Origin: a virus
Taxonomy: Duplodnaviria > Caudoviricetes
Virus record (IMG/VR): IMGVR_UViG_3300031992_000021
Span: 1-64,000 of that record
Reading direction: 5' to 3' (one strand)
Length of the DNA: 64,000 bases
Shown: piece after piece, positions 7,699-16,561 of the stretch
Position numbering within the stretch: the stretch's first letter is position 1
Layout of the letters: each line of letters begins with the position of its first letter
Program-made: the position numbers and the translations under genes
The notes under the pieces: model-generated
The model's input: only the letters and a program-made list of their open reading frames with translations
What the model was told of the DNA's origin: nothing
Databases searched by the model: none

Positions 7699-7717
7699 GC
7701 CGTTTTTCGACGGTTAT

Positions 7718-8824
7718 TCAGGCCTGCGTCGTCTGCGATTCGCCTTCCATGAACTTCTGGCAGATCAGGTGGATCGACGACGGATCCGGCGAGTGCAGCA
7801 TGCTCGAGATGAGCTTCGCCTCGTCGCTCTCCTTCGGGAACCTCGCCTCGATCGCCGATTCGAGCGTCGCAACGCTCTCCTTGCGGTCGACCACCGGCGC
7901 CAGATCACGCGCCTTGCTGGAGCGCATCACGATCCTCGCGATGGCGCACGTGTCGTGCACGATGGCGGCGATCCGCTTGTATCCGTCCTCTATCGAATCG
8001 TCCGCGATGATCTGGTAGAACGGGCGCTTCACTATCGGCATGTCCGCCGCTTTCTTCGCCTCCTCATCAAGGATGCGCCGAAACTCGTCAAGACCAACCT
8101 CGTCGACGATCTCCACGCCGACGACCTGCCTAGTATTTATCGGAACCGGCATCGCCTCCCATGTCTCGGTGTCAAGCACATAGAAGAACTTGTTCTGCGG
8201 CTCGTTCGACGACTTCATCTCGGTGGACCCCGGATTCACGTAGAGGACTCCGTTCCACTTCCGGCAGTCGGGGATATGCACATGCCCCATGAGCACGGCC
8301 TTCACCCCCAGCTTGTCGAGAAGCGGCGAGAGCTCCCTCACGCCGGTATCCGCGCTTCCTCCGCCGTTCATCTCGGCGAGCGCGAAGTGCATCACGAGGA
8401 TGTCGGTCTTGAAGCCCTCGTCCACCATCCTCTGAATCTCGGCGACCAAGTCCCTTCCGTTACGGTAGTTGATGCCGCTCATGCGGACGTTGCCGACCTG
8501 CGCATAATAGCCTTCCTTCATCGGCTCTACTCCGATGACGTCGAGCCATCCTCCGTTGGAAAGGTCGTGATTGCCGTCGATTCCGTAGACAGGCAATCCT
8601 GCGGACTTGATTTCCGCTACGACCCCCTGCGCCGTGAGAACAGACTTCGCGTCCGGACGCGGCGAATCGAACAGGTCGCCGCCTATCACGACAGCGTCCA
8701 GATTCAACTCTCCGAGACTGCGCCCGAACTCCATGAATGCGTCGAGGAAGTCCTCGTAGCGCTCCTTCAGCCCATACTGCCGCGTGCCAAGATGCACGTC
8801 GCTTACCAAGGCAATTCTTGCCAT
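7718..8824 (-). CDS. sbcD: SbcD/Mre11 nuclease
   Basis: Metallophosphoesterase motifs SDVHLG, GGDLFD, GNHD, GHVH, NPGS; adjacent to Rad50. Confidence 0.95.
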   Translation of the reverse strand: MARIALVSDVHLGTRQYGLKERYEDFLDAFMEFGRSLGELNLDAVVIGGDLFDSPRPDAKSVLTAQGVVAEIKSAGLPVYGIDGNHDLSNGGWLDVIGVEPMKEGYYAQVGNVRMSGINYRNGRDLVAEIQRMVDEGFKTDILVMHFALAEMNGGGSADTGVRELSPLLDKLGVKAVLMGHVHIPDCRKWNGVLYVNPGSTEMKSSNEPQNKFFYVLDTETWEAMPVPINTRQVVGVEIVDEVGLDEFRRILDEEAKKAADMPIVKRPFYQIIADDSIEDGYKRIAAIVHDTCAIARIVMRSSKARDLAPVVDRKESVATLESAIEARFPKESDEAKLISSMLHSPDPSSIHLICQKFMEGESQTTQA

Positions 8825-8825
8825 G

Positions 8826-11150
8826 TCAGTCCTCCTTGTTGATGATTGCCCCGAGATCGATCCTCGTGTCGAGAAACGGCATGATCGCCTTCTCGTGTGT
8901 CGCCATGAGAATCTGCAGGCCCTTGTTCCTCGCGACCTCCCCGACCTTCTGGAGAAGCTCCCCGAGATGCCCGATCGACGCGTCGTCCAGGTACGCCGTA
9001 GGCTCGTCCAGGCTGAGAAGCCCGAGCTCGCCGCCGAAGCACATGTAGATCGCCATGCGGAACGCGATGGCCAAGGCCACCTTCTGCCCTCCGGAGAGGA
9101 GCGATGCGTCCGGATGCGGATCCGGCATGCTGCGGCCGTCGATGAAGCAGCATCGGAAGCCGAAGCCCTCCTCCTCCGCCTCCACGACGAACGGTGCGCA
9201 GAACTGGTCGAGATACGAGTTGACGCACGCGGTCAGCTCCTTCATCACGTTCTGAGACATGATCCGCGGACCTTCCCTGTAGTGGAACCAGTCGCGGGAA
9301 CGCTTGAGCGTGTCGACCTTCGCCTTGACCTTCTCCTCGAGCTCCTTCTTCTGCACGAGCTCGTCCACGAAGCTCCTCGTCTTCTTGATGGTCTCCTCGG
9401 CGGCCTCAAGCTGACCCTTCGTTCCTGCCATGTCGCGCAGGATGCCGTTGTAGGCGTCGAGGTTTGCCCTTGCCTTCCTGAGCGCATTGTCGCAGGATCC
9501 TTCGTCTCCGTTCTTCACGGACTCTGGATCGATGCCCAGGCCGACGAGCTTCTCCGCGCAGTCGCGCCGGTTGTTCCCGATGAGGTCGATCTGGGCGGCA
9601 AGCTTCGCCACGTTGTCGCGGGCGTCCTTCGCCTGCATCTTCGTGGATTCGATCGCGCTCAGCGACTTCGAGATCTCGGACATGCGGTCATTGATCTCGC
9701 CTATCCTGTTCTGGACGTGAACCTGCGTCTTCTGGATGTTCGGAAGGTCGTCAGGCGTCTGGCCCTTGTACGACACGACCTGCGTGAGCACGTCGATCTC
9801 GCACCCCTCGACATTTGCGTCTTTCGCCTTCTGCAAGGCGGCAAACGCGATGTCGTACGCGTTCTTCTCCCGCTTCTCCTTCTCGCGTGCGCCCTGCTCC
9901 TCGGCCCAGCGCTTGTCATAAGCCATCCGGGCTTCCTTCGCCTTGTCGCATGCAGACTTGGACCTTTCCTCCGCGGCCGAGATCCTCTCCTTGAGGTGCT
10001 TCTCGATGTCCTCCTGCGACGCCTGAGCTCCGCAAACTGGACACGTTCCGTCGCTGCTCGCCTCCTTTACGAGGTTGCGCAGAGACCTAAGTTCAGACTC
10101 GGCCGAAACCTGCTCAGCTCCAAGACGTTCGACCTCGGCATTGTCGTCCTCGATCTTCGTCTTGTACTTTCCGGTGATGTCGTTGAGCTCTGCCGTGGCG
10201 GCGCCGTAGCGCTCGCTTGCGCACGTCAATGCGTCTGCAAGCTCCTTCATCCGAGAGAGGAACCTCACCGACTCCTTGCATTCGTCAAGCTCCTTACGCT
10301 TGATGTCGAGCTCCGCGGAAAGTTCGGCATGCTCATTCCTGAGCTTCTGCCACTCATCCTCGGACACTGCCCCCATGCCTGCGAGCTTCGCAAGAGCGCT
10401 CTCGTGCTGGGCCTGCGTATCGGCGAGCGCCTGCTCGGCCCTCACATACGCAGCGATCGCCTGCTGTGCGCCGGCGCACTGGTCGACCTCCGCCTCAAGC
10501 GATTCCTTGCTCGGAAGCGTCTTGACTGCGTTCTCGTACTTGGCGAGAGCCTCGCGGCACTTCTTCGCGACCGCCTCCTGGTCTGCAAGCTGCTGCCGCG
10601 CCCTTGCGATCGCCTCGTCGAATCCCTGAGGCTTGTCATACGCCGCGATCTCGGTACGCAGCGCCTCGTATATCTTCGACGCGTTCCCGATTCCGATGAG
10701 CCGCTGGAAAGCGACTTCGCGGTTCTTGGGATCGTCGAAGAGGATCGCGTCGATTCCCTTCTGGGGAACGAACACGATCTGGCGTATCAGTTCCTTGTCG
10801 AGACCCGCCTTCTCGCGCAGGGCCTCCTCGACCTTCTTGGCCTGCTTGACCGTCTCGTCGCCCACCTTCAGGACGACGTCTCCGTTTGTCTTCCTGGTTA
10901 CGACGAACTCGTCGTTCCGCGGTCCGGCCGTGAAGAACAGCCTCACGGATCCTTCCTTCTCGCCCCATGTCGTGAGGTCGGCCTTGGTGAATCCAGGCTG
11001 CTCTCCGGTAAGGGCGAACTGTATCGCTCCGATCAGGTTGGACTTGCCGCACCCGTTCGGCCCGAGCACGGCGATCAGATTGCCGCTGAAGTCAACGTCC
11101 AGCTGGCGGTGCTGACGGTAGTTCGTCAGCTCAATCCTTTTCAAGTGCAT
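8826..11150 (-). CDS. sbcC: SbcC/Rad50 SMC-like ATPase
   Basis: Walker A GPNGCGKS, coiled coil with CPVC zinc hook, signature LSGGQ, Walker B LSLDEPT, H-loop ATH. Confidence 0.95.
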   Translation of the reverse strand: MHLKRIELTNYRQHRQLDVDFSGNLIAVLGPNGCGKSNLIGAIQFALTGEQPGFTKADLTTWGEKEGSVRLFFTAGPRNDEFVVTRKTNGDVVLKVGDETVKQAKKVEEALREKAGLDKELIRQIVFVPQKGIDAILFDDPKNREVAFQRLIGIGNASKIYEALRTEIAAYDKPQGFDEAIARARQQLADQEAVAKKCREALAKYENAVKTLPSKESLEAEVDQCAGAQQAIAAYVRAEQALADTQAQHESALAKLAGMGAVSEDEWQKLRNEHAELSAELDIKRKELDECKESVRFLSRMKELADALTCASERYGAATAELNDITGKYKTKIEDDNAEVERLGAEQVSAESELRSLRNLVKEASSDGTCPVCGAQASQEDIEKHLKERISAAEERSKSACDKAKEARMAYDKRWAEEQGAREKEKREKNAYDIAFAALQKAKDANVEGCEIDVLTQVVSYKGQTPDDLPNIQKTQVHVQNRIGEINDRMSEISKSLSAIESTKMQAKDARDNVAKLAAQIDLIGNNRRDCAEKLVGLGIDPESVKNGDEGSCDNALRKARANLDAYNGILRDMAGTKGQLEAAEETIKKTRSFVDELVQKKELEEKVKAKVDTLKRSRDWFHYREGPRIMSQNVMKELTACVNSYLDQFCAPFVVEAEEEGFGFRCCFIDGRSMPDPHPDASLLSGGQKVALAIAFRMAIYMCFGGELGLLSLDEPTAYLDDASIGHLGELLQKVGEVARNKGLQILMATHEKAIMPFLDTRIDLGAIINKED

Positions 11151-11307
11151 TTCTTCTATTTACTCCATTGACGAAATCTCTGTACGAAGTTCCGTCGTTC
11201 ATCGTGAAATTGCAGTCGTACCTGCTTTCATGGGGGCATGGACAGCCTGTGTGACAGCAGACCGTCTCGCCCCACTCATTCTCTTCAAGACATGAACAGT
11301 TGCACAT
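11131..11307 (-). CDS. 58-aa Cys-rich protein (below ORF-track cutoff)
   Basis: AAAGGAGG RBS. Manual translation MCNCSCLEENEWGETVCCHTGCPCPHESRYDCNF... Confidence 0.55.
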   Translation of the reverse strand: MCNCSCLEENEWGETVCCHTGCPCPHESRYDCNFTMNDGTSYRDFVNGVNRRNALEKD

Positions 11308-11336
11308 GTCAGCCTCCTTTCGTTAGTACAGCTTCT

Positions 11337-11768
11337 TCATGATTTCCTCCTTTCGTTGATATCGACAAACACGTCTTCGTCGTCAAACATATAGAACTTG
11401 TCGTATTCCTTGAACCAAATGATGTCGCACCGGTTGTGCTCAACGTTCGTCCTCAGAATGTCTCCTATTTTCAGACCTGGAAATTTATTCTCGGCCTTCT
11501 TGGAGATGATGTCCTCCTTGTCGATCTTGCACCCCTTGAAGTAGACCCATCCGGGGTCCATGTACTTCTTCCCCTCCTCGGGATCGGCAACGAACCTTCT
11601 GTACGCCACGAAGTTCTCGCTTTTCTTCGCGACGAACCTGGCGGCATCTTCGTCGTCAATCCATTCGCGTCCAGGGCACCTCAGCTCAGTAGCATCCCCG
11701 AACATAAGACCCGGCACTATGGCCTCTATGAACCTATGCGCCGGCGGAATGTCTTGCATCCTCATCAT
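11337..11768 (-). CDS. hypothetical protein
   Basis: 143-aa ORF, AAAGGAG RBS, ATGA overlap. Confidence 0.75.
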   Translation of the reverse strand: MMRMQDIPPAHRFIEAIVPGLMFGDATELRCPGREWIDDEDAARFVAKKSENFVAYRRFVADPEEGKKYMDPGWVYFKGCKIDKEDIISKKAENKFPGLKIGDILRTNVEHNRCDIIWFKEYDKFYMFDDEDVFVDINERRKS

Positions 11769-12253
11769 GACTTTACTCCTTTCATCATCGCAAACCTGAT
11801 TGCGAGCGTGAGCTTTTCAGGGTTGCTTCCCTTCGTGACGACCGCAACACCACGTTCGGACAGCGCGTCACGATCGCGTCCGTAAGCACCCAGGCCGCTG
11901 TAGTATACGACCGACTGTCCCTCCGGCTTGTCATACGCCATGAGGAGGTCGATGCCCTCCTTGAACCTGCCGTTCCCGATTCCCAGGCCGTCAACCACGA
12001 CGGCGTCATATCCCTTCAGAACGTTCAGGTCGTCCGGGATCCAGTATAGCTGATCGACCTTGAAGCTTCCGGTCATGAACTTCTCGATGAACGACTTCAT
12101 CGCCCGGTCGTCGTCGATCACGAGGATCTTTCTCTCCAATGGCTTCTGGATCTTGTCCAGGGTTTCGTTGATGCTCTTGATCTTCCTGTCTAAGATCTTC
12201 TCGAAGATCCACGCGAACAGAGAAAATCCAAACATCTGTTTTATCCAAAACAT
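11765..12253 (-). CDS. response-regulator receiver (REC) domain protein with N-terminal hydrophobic segment
   Basis: KILVIDDD, YDAVVVD (phospho-Asp), G.DLL, VVYYSG, VVTKG. AGGAGG RBS before ATG 12253. Confidence 0.8.
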   Translation of the reverse strand: MFWIKQMFGFSLFAWIFEKILDRKIKSINETLDKIQKPLERKILVIDDDRAMKSFIEKFMTGSFKVDQLYWIPDDLNVLKGYDAVVVDGLGIGNGRFKEGIDLLMAYDKPEGQSVVYYSGLGAYGRDRDALSERGVAVVTKGSNPEKLTLAIRFAMMKGVKS

Positions 12254-12277
12254 AATACCTCCTTCTTCTTGAAGTTG

Positions 12278-12306
12278 AAAAAAACCGACCCCCTTCCGGG
12301 GGCCGG
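12278..12306 (-). terminator. intrinsic terminator
   Basis: Minus strand CCGGCCCCC-GGAA-GGGGGTCGG-T7. Confidence 0.85.
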
Positions 12307-12312
12307 CGCGGG

Positions 12313-12777
12313 TCACTCCCATGCGTCCACAAACGCCTCAAGCACCCCGAACAGACCTCCGGCAATGCAGCCGGCCGCCCTGCACAGTCCGCCTCCGATG
12401 TCGGATACGTTCCGAGCAAGACCTCTTGCGTTGTGGCCGATTACGTTCACGGCCTCTTCGCAGAGTTCGCTTTCGCTCATTCCGGCCGCAACGTCGTAGT
12501 CGAGCAGGCCTCCTGTCGCGCAGAATCTCTGGAGCTTCGGCGGGCGCCTTTCGCGCTCGCTCGGAAGCGCAAGCCTGCGTTCCTTCTTGTGCCTGCCTCT
12601 CTTCGTCGATCTTACCGGCCCATAGGCCACTGGAACAATGAAGTTCGAGACCTTGGTTATGTTGGTCACGTTTGTGATGTTTACGTTCGAGTTGTTTGCG
12701 TACGACTGGATTTTCAGCCCGCTTCTGTGCCTTCTGTTGCGCATGCCAAGCGCCTTTCTTCTGGATTCACGCGGCAT
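12313..12777 (-). CDS. hypothetical basic protein
   Basis: 154-aa ORF ending just before a terminator. Confidence 0.5.
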   Translation of the reverse strand: MPRESRRKALGMRNRRHRSGLKIQSYANNSNVNITNVTNITKVSNFIVPVAYGPVRSTKRGRHKKERRLALPSERERRPPKLQRFCATGGLLDYDVAAGMSESELCEEAVNVIGHNARGLARNVSDIGGGLCRAAGCIAGGLFGVLEAFVDAWE

Positions 12778-12838
12778 CCCCTTGTGGGGGACTGTCCTTT
12801 AGGGCCGCGCTGCATCCGGGAGCTGAGGACAGGCTCCT

Positions 12839-13240
12839 TCACGGAAGCAGAGTTCCGCGAGGCCGCCACCCGCATTCCATCTTCGCGATGGAGGCTTCCA
12901 GCGCCTTTCTCCCGGAAAGGTATTCGTCCCGCGTCCAGAAGGCACCAAATTCACTGCCTTCGATAAGTATGACAACCTCTTCTGGCGAATCAAGCGTCGC
13001 CTGGTTCCTTACGTAGGTCTTGACAACCTTGCGGCATCCGATGTCATGACGGCATATGCGCCTGATGCCCTTGTTTGCCGCGAGCGAGACGCACGCCTTG
13101 GCCATCACGCCTACGGCTTCAATGTCCTCGAGCGCCTCTTCGCTCGGGCCAATGAAGAAGAAAGACGATCTTACGCCAAGCATAACGGTCTTGCCCTTCT
13201 GCCTGCGCAATTCGTCAACAAGCGTCTCCGCGGATCCCAT
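12839..13240 (-). CDS. hypothetical protein (probably leaderless mRNA)
   Basis: 133-aa ORF. TGATATAAT ends 6 nt before the ATG. Confidence 0.7.
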   Translation of the reverse strand: MGSAETLVDELRRQKGKTVMLGVRSSFFFIGPSEEALEDIEAVGVMAKACVSLAANKGIRRICRHDIGCRKVVKTYVRNQATLDSPEEVVILIEGSEFGAFWTRDEYLSGRKALEASIAKMECGWRPRGTLLP

Positions 13241-13246
13241 GAGGTT

Positions 13247-13255
13247 ATTATATCA
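13247..13255 (-). promoter_or_regulatory. extended -10 promoter TGATATAAT
   Basis: Exact TGnTATAAT; the motif recurs in several intergenic regions. Confidence 0.65.
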
Positions 13256-13277
13256 TATCCAGAATCAATAGCGAAAG

Positions 13278-13304
13278 AAAAAGGCCGGTATGTTTCAACC
13301 GGCC
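13278..13304 (-). terminator. intrinsic terminator
   Basis: Minus strand GGCCGGT-8nt-ACCGGCC-TTTTT. Confidence 0.75.
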
Positions 13305-13310
13305 AGGCAC

Positions 13311-13487
13311 TCAAGATTCATCTGACGACTTTGGATGGACGGGCTTCTTCCTGCCCTGATTCCTTATCGTCAAAAGCTCCCTGAGAAAAACCTCGTCTGA
13401 GTAGCTCGGCTTCAGGTGACACCCGACATTGTCCCACCTCTTCGGGACGTACGGGTTCTGCAACTCTTTCGGTATGAAAGTGCGCAT
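13311..13487 (-). CDS. 58-aa hypothetical protein (below ORF-track cutoff)
   Basis: GAGGAGG RBS. MRTFIPKELQNPYVPKRWDNVGCHLKPSY...; stop immediately precedes the terminator. Confidence 0.55.
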   Translation of the reverse strand: MRTFIPKELQNPYVPKRWDNVGCHLKPSYSDEVFLRELLTIRNQGRKKPVHPKSSDES

Positions 13488-13542
13488 GTCAACCTCCTCA
13501 TCCGCCAGTTATCACCATCAGCAGATACAGGATGATCGCCAT

Positions 13543-13947
13543 CTAGCACCTCCTGTCCGTTGCCGAGAGAACCACGACGTCGCCCTTGTCCGTGCGGCGC
13601 ACCAGGTCGTACTGATGCTCGCTGCGGCGTACGACGCTGTACTCGGACAGTTCAGGGATCTCCACCTGGACAGGCTCATGGTCTTTCTGGGCGTCCATAG
13701 CCTTCCTTTCCGCAACCTGCTCCTCAATGATCTCCGCGGCTTTGTTCATCAGCGTGTTCATCGCGGCCTTGGCGAACGTGTGCTTTCTGGTGTCGTACAT
13801 CTGCGTGTCGAACGCAAACGACTGCCAGTTCACGACCTTGCCGTCCTTGCTGCCGGACTGGATCGGAACCGCAGAAACCAGCGAGTACGTCCGGAACCAC
13901 TCGTGCTCCGGCTTTACCGCATTCTTTATCTTCTCTATGATGTTCAT
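13543..13947 (-). CDS. hypothetical protein
   Basis: ORF trimmed to MNIIEKIK (AAAGGA RBS); the longer version overlaps the RNA gene. Confidence 0.7.
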   Translation of the reverse strand: MNIIEKIKNAVKPEHEWFRTYSLVSAVPIQSGSKDGKVVNWQSFAFDTQMYDTRKHTFAKAAMNTLMNKAAEIIEEQVAERKAMDAQKDHEPVQVEIPELSEYSVVRRSEHQYDLVRRTDKGDVVVLSATDRRC

Positions 13948-13980
13948 AGTTTGTCCTTTCTTGACTTTGTGTTGAACAAA

Positions 13981-14334
13981 TGGTCGTCCCGGCGGGGCTC
14001 GAACCCGCACTCCATTAGCTACTCGGGCGCACAGTCGGGGCACGTGTACAGGGAATTTCACCCTGCTCGAACGATACAATTCATGGTCCAGCCATTCGGT
14101 TTCCGCTTCATTCAGGTCACGGCGTAGGAAAACTTCGGTCGAACAGACCTGATCAAAACCTCGCTGCTGAATGTGGTACTATCCGAACCGACCACTATAT
14201 CTCTCGTCGAACCCGATCCTGGCACCCTTTCGCCTAGGACTTTTGTTGCGCACTGCTCTTTCCGTTTCGCCTCAGGATCCACCCCCATGTGGCCCAACGG
14301 CCGAGGGATGTCTTCCATTTTGCATCACGGGACG
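13981..14334 (-). ncRNA. tmRNA-like RNA (354 nt) with non-canonical acceptor stem
   Basis: 5' CGTCCCG pairs with 3' CGGGACG-ACCA. T-arm GCGGG-TTCGAGC-CCCGC. Long-range helix CTCGG/CCGAG and GTTGGGCCACATG/CACGTGCCCCGAC. Internal frame ATA GTG GTC...FSYAVT*. Confidence 0.55.
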
Positions 14335-14446
14335 TTAAATCGAATAGGCTGGTTCCCCAATATAAAGGTGCTTGACGTTGATGTCGTACTTTGCTCTCGG
14401 GGCCAGGACGCTTCCGGATTGCGGCCTGTTTTACCAGCCATGAAAC

Positions 14447-14614
14447 TCATTTGGAGATGATGCCCTTCTGCTGCATCTCCTCGCGCAGAGCCTCGCACTC
14501 AGCGCTGTACTGGTCCGGCGTGATCACAATGAACAGCCAGAACAGTATGATTATCAAAGCAATCGCCAGGATCCCCCCGACGACTTCAAGGGCATTCATC
14601 AGAAACTTCTTCAT
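14447..14614 (-). CDS. small single-pass membrane protein
   Basis: MKKFLMNALEVVGGILAIALIIILFWLFIV..., AAGGAG RBS. Confidence 0.7.
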   Translation of the reverse strand: MKKFLMNALEVVGGILAIALIIILFWLFIVITPDQYSAECEALREEMQQKGIISK

Positions 14615-14636
14615 GATCTTCTCCTTCTGTTTGTTG

Positions 14637-14722
14637 TGGAGGTGCGTGGATGGAATCGAACCATCCGGCATTGCTACAGGTGCGACCTGCCTGCGATGCT
14701 ACGGGATTCCGCCGCCCGCACC
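14637..14722 (-). ncRNA. tRNA-like RNA or degenerate tRNA
   Basis: GGTGCG/CGCACC-TCCA acceptor and GGATGG-TTCGATT-CCATCC T-arm. The anticodon arm is replaced by a long bulged stem with no 7-nt loop. Confidence 0.5.
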
Positions 14723-14735
14723 ATTGAAATCGAAT

Positions 14736-14812
14736 TGGCGGAGATGCCGGGGATCGAACCCGGAACCTGCGGTTTAGGAAACCGCCGCTCTGTCCAATTG
14801 AGCTACACCTCC
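14736..14812 (-). tRNA. tRNA-Arg(CCT)
   Basis: 77-nt cloverleaf GGAGGTG...CATCTCC-GCCA. D-arm GCTC/GAGC, anticodon arm GCGGT-TTCCTAA-ACCGC, T-loop TTCGATC. Confidence 0.95.
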
Positions 14813-14903
14813 AAAGACGCGCCGGTCAAGGCGCGACGGTCCGGAATTTTGAATACACCGGACGAAAATCGACATTGGAAAATATTTCATTTTCCGTCAC
14901 CTT

Positions 14904-14909
14904 ATTATA
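14904..14909 (-). promoter_or_regulatory. -10 box upstream of the tRNA cluster
   Basis: TATAAT in an AT-rich intergenic stretch about 90 nt before tRNA-Arg. Confidence 0.5.
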
Positions 14910-14969
14910 ACCGAAAAAAGGCCATTTTTAAGGCATTTTAAGGCTTTTTTATGAGCTAATTTCAGTTTT

Positions 14970-15959
14970 TTAGCACCTATTCAGATCTCGCCACCTGGCT
15001 GTCATGGAGAAATCCTGCAACGGAAGCCTGAAAAGATATGTCCACCGGTCATGTACGCACACCGGAAGGATGGCTTCATCGCCCTCTACGGCCATCCCGC
15101 AGCAGAAGTTTATCTTGCTGATGTCCTGGAAAACGGTGAAATCGTCGCTTATCCTGCACTGCAAAAGAGCCTTGTCGAAGAACGCGAACGCATTTGAGTA
15201 CACGTTTTTGCGTTTCATGTGCACCAAGGCCACATATCCATCCCGATAGCGCAGAAGAGGCGACGATCCGCGGTACTGGACGAGTCCGCGGCACCTTTGC
15301 ATTGTCTTTCGGCCCGGATTTGACGTCGAAACGACGTTCAGGGAGTTCAGCATGAGGTCTGACACGAAAATTCCGCGCCCATCCTCTACCGGCATGTAGT
15401 TTTTCTCCCTCGCGACCGGAAAAACGCATACTTTGCCGGCATGAAGCAGATTTTCCCTCAGATCGAAGTCGATGGATGCCATCCTGAACCTGTCGCGGCC
15501 GAGAGACACCTCAGTACCGCTCGCCTGGATGGAATTTCCGTATTTTAGGAGCCTCAGATCCTCGAACATGGCTAGATTTTCCAGATCGCAGCCTACTTTG
15601 CCCAAAAACCTGAAATTTTCGTCCGCCCACAGGAAAAAATAGGCCCTTTTTTCGAGAAAATCTCCAAACCATCCGCCTGGCTCGTCTTTTATCCGGATCT
15701 TGTAGTTGAACTGCCTCACTGACATGAGCCAGCGGTCTCCGACCCTGCAAAAAGACATGTTTCCGAGCGGAATCGACTTATCGACTCCCAATTCATCATG
15801 GAAATCAAGTTGCCGAGAGGGATATTTCTTCGATATGTCCATTATGTGCCTAATCCTGCAGTCTTGAGAGCCTCTTCTAAGCACGCAGTCCCTCGACTTC
15901 AGGAATGCGCTCAACCTAAGCCGGCTTGCATCCTGTCTTTTCGACACATACATTGCCAA
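14970..15959 (-). CDS. putative five-bladed beta-propeller glycoside-hydrolase-like protein
   Basis: Motifs FEDLRL, EKNYMP, RGSSP, ALVH, FCCGM...V..D. The true start may be ATG 15842. Confidence 0.6.
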   Translation of the reverse strand: MAMYVSKRQDASRLRLSAFLKSRDCVLRRGSQDCRIRHIMDISKKYPSRQLDFHDELGVDKSIPLGNMSFCRVGDRWLMSVRQFNYKIRIKDEPGGWFGDFLEKRAYFFLWADENFRFLGKVGCDLENLAMFEDLRLLKYGNSIQASGTEVSLGRDRFRMASIDFDLRENLLHAGKVCVFPVAREKNYMPVEDGRGIFVSDLMLNSLNVVSTSNPGRKTMQRCRGLVQYRGSSPLLRYRDGYVALVHMKRKNVYSNAFAFFDKALLQCRISDDFTVFQDISKINFCCGMAVEGDEAILPVCVHDRWTYLFRLPLQDFSMTARWRDLNRC

Positions 15960-15961
15960 AC

Positions 15962-16549
15962 CTACGATTTCTTCGGAATGAGACCCTTGAACGCCTTTAC
16001 AGCGTCCATTCTGCGGTTCAAAAGCCCTTTCACGACCTTCCCTCCTGATTTCTTGTAGGTCGGAACCTCCTCGAACGCGATCGCGTCCCTGTCGGCCCCA
16101 GGCGCGTTCATGCGCCTGTTAAGGGAAGGCGACTTGGCGGCCGAGAGCGTGCCTGTGCCGGCGTTGTAGGCCACGTCGTAGAGTGCTGCAAGCGCACCTG
16201 GGCTTAACGAGCGCGTCCACTGAAGGTCCTTGTACATTTTCGAGGCGTTTTGGCGTAGCCTGTTGCGCACAAGGGACGAACTCGCATTCGCGTCGATCGT
16301 ATCGCCCTTCACGACAGCCCGGAGCTTGCCCGTCTTGGGGTCTGGTATGAACGTATGCCCATGTCCTACGGTCCATTTCTTGCCGATCTTGTCCCAGTAG
16401 GCATTCTGTCGGAAGCCTTCGTGCTTCTCAATGAACGGCGCGACGAGCTTCATGGCCTGCTCGGCCCTCTGGGCCACGAGGTCAGGCGATGCCGCCGGCT
16501 GTGCAACAGGTTTGGACTGTGCGATTTTGGTCAGGGCTTCGAGGTTCAC
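15962..16549 (-). CDS. GH24 (T4/RrrD-type) lysozyme
   Basis: Catalytic E..D..T in HEGFRQNAYWDKIGKKWTVGHG; AL....YN.G; KGLLNRR. Confidence 0.9.
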   Translation of the reverse strand: MNLEALTKIAQSKPVAQPAASPDLVAQRAEQAMKLVAPFIEKHEGFRQNAYWDKIGKKWTVGHGHTFIPDPKTGKLRAVVKGDTIDANASSSLVRNRLRQNASKMYKDLQWTRSLSPGALAALYDVAYNAGTGTLSAAKSPSLNRRMNAPGADRDAIAFEEVPTYKKSGGKVVKGLLNRRMDAVKAFKGLIPKKS

Positions 16550-16561
16550 AAGGACTTCCTT

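Noticed and set aside
8784-11171. 795-aa + strand ORF and similar long antisense ORFs (e.g. 2744..3955, 7769..8842, 46843..47922)
   Set aside because: These are shadow ORFs opposite well-supported genes in GC-rich DNA.
14020-14210. Group I intron-like (AGATATAGT, TCAGCAGC) and group II-like (GTGCGCCCG) words in the 354-nt RNA
   Set aside because: The motifs are in the wrong order. I found no P7 pairing or domain V, and no canonical anticodon loop is restored by removal.
14112-14318. 68-aa ORF inside the tmRNA-like gene
   Set aside because: It lies wholly within a structured RNA and has no RBS. Only its 3' part is considered, as a possible tag frame.
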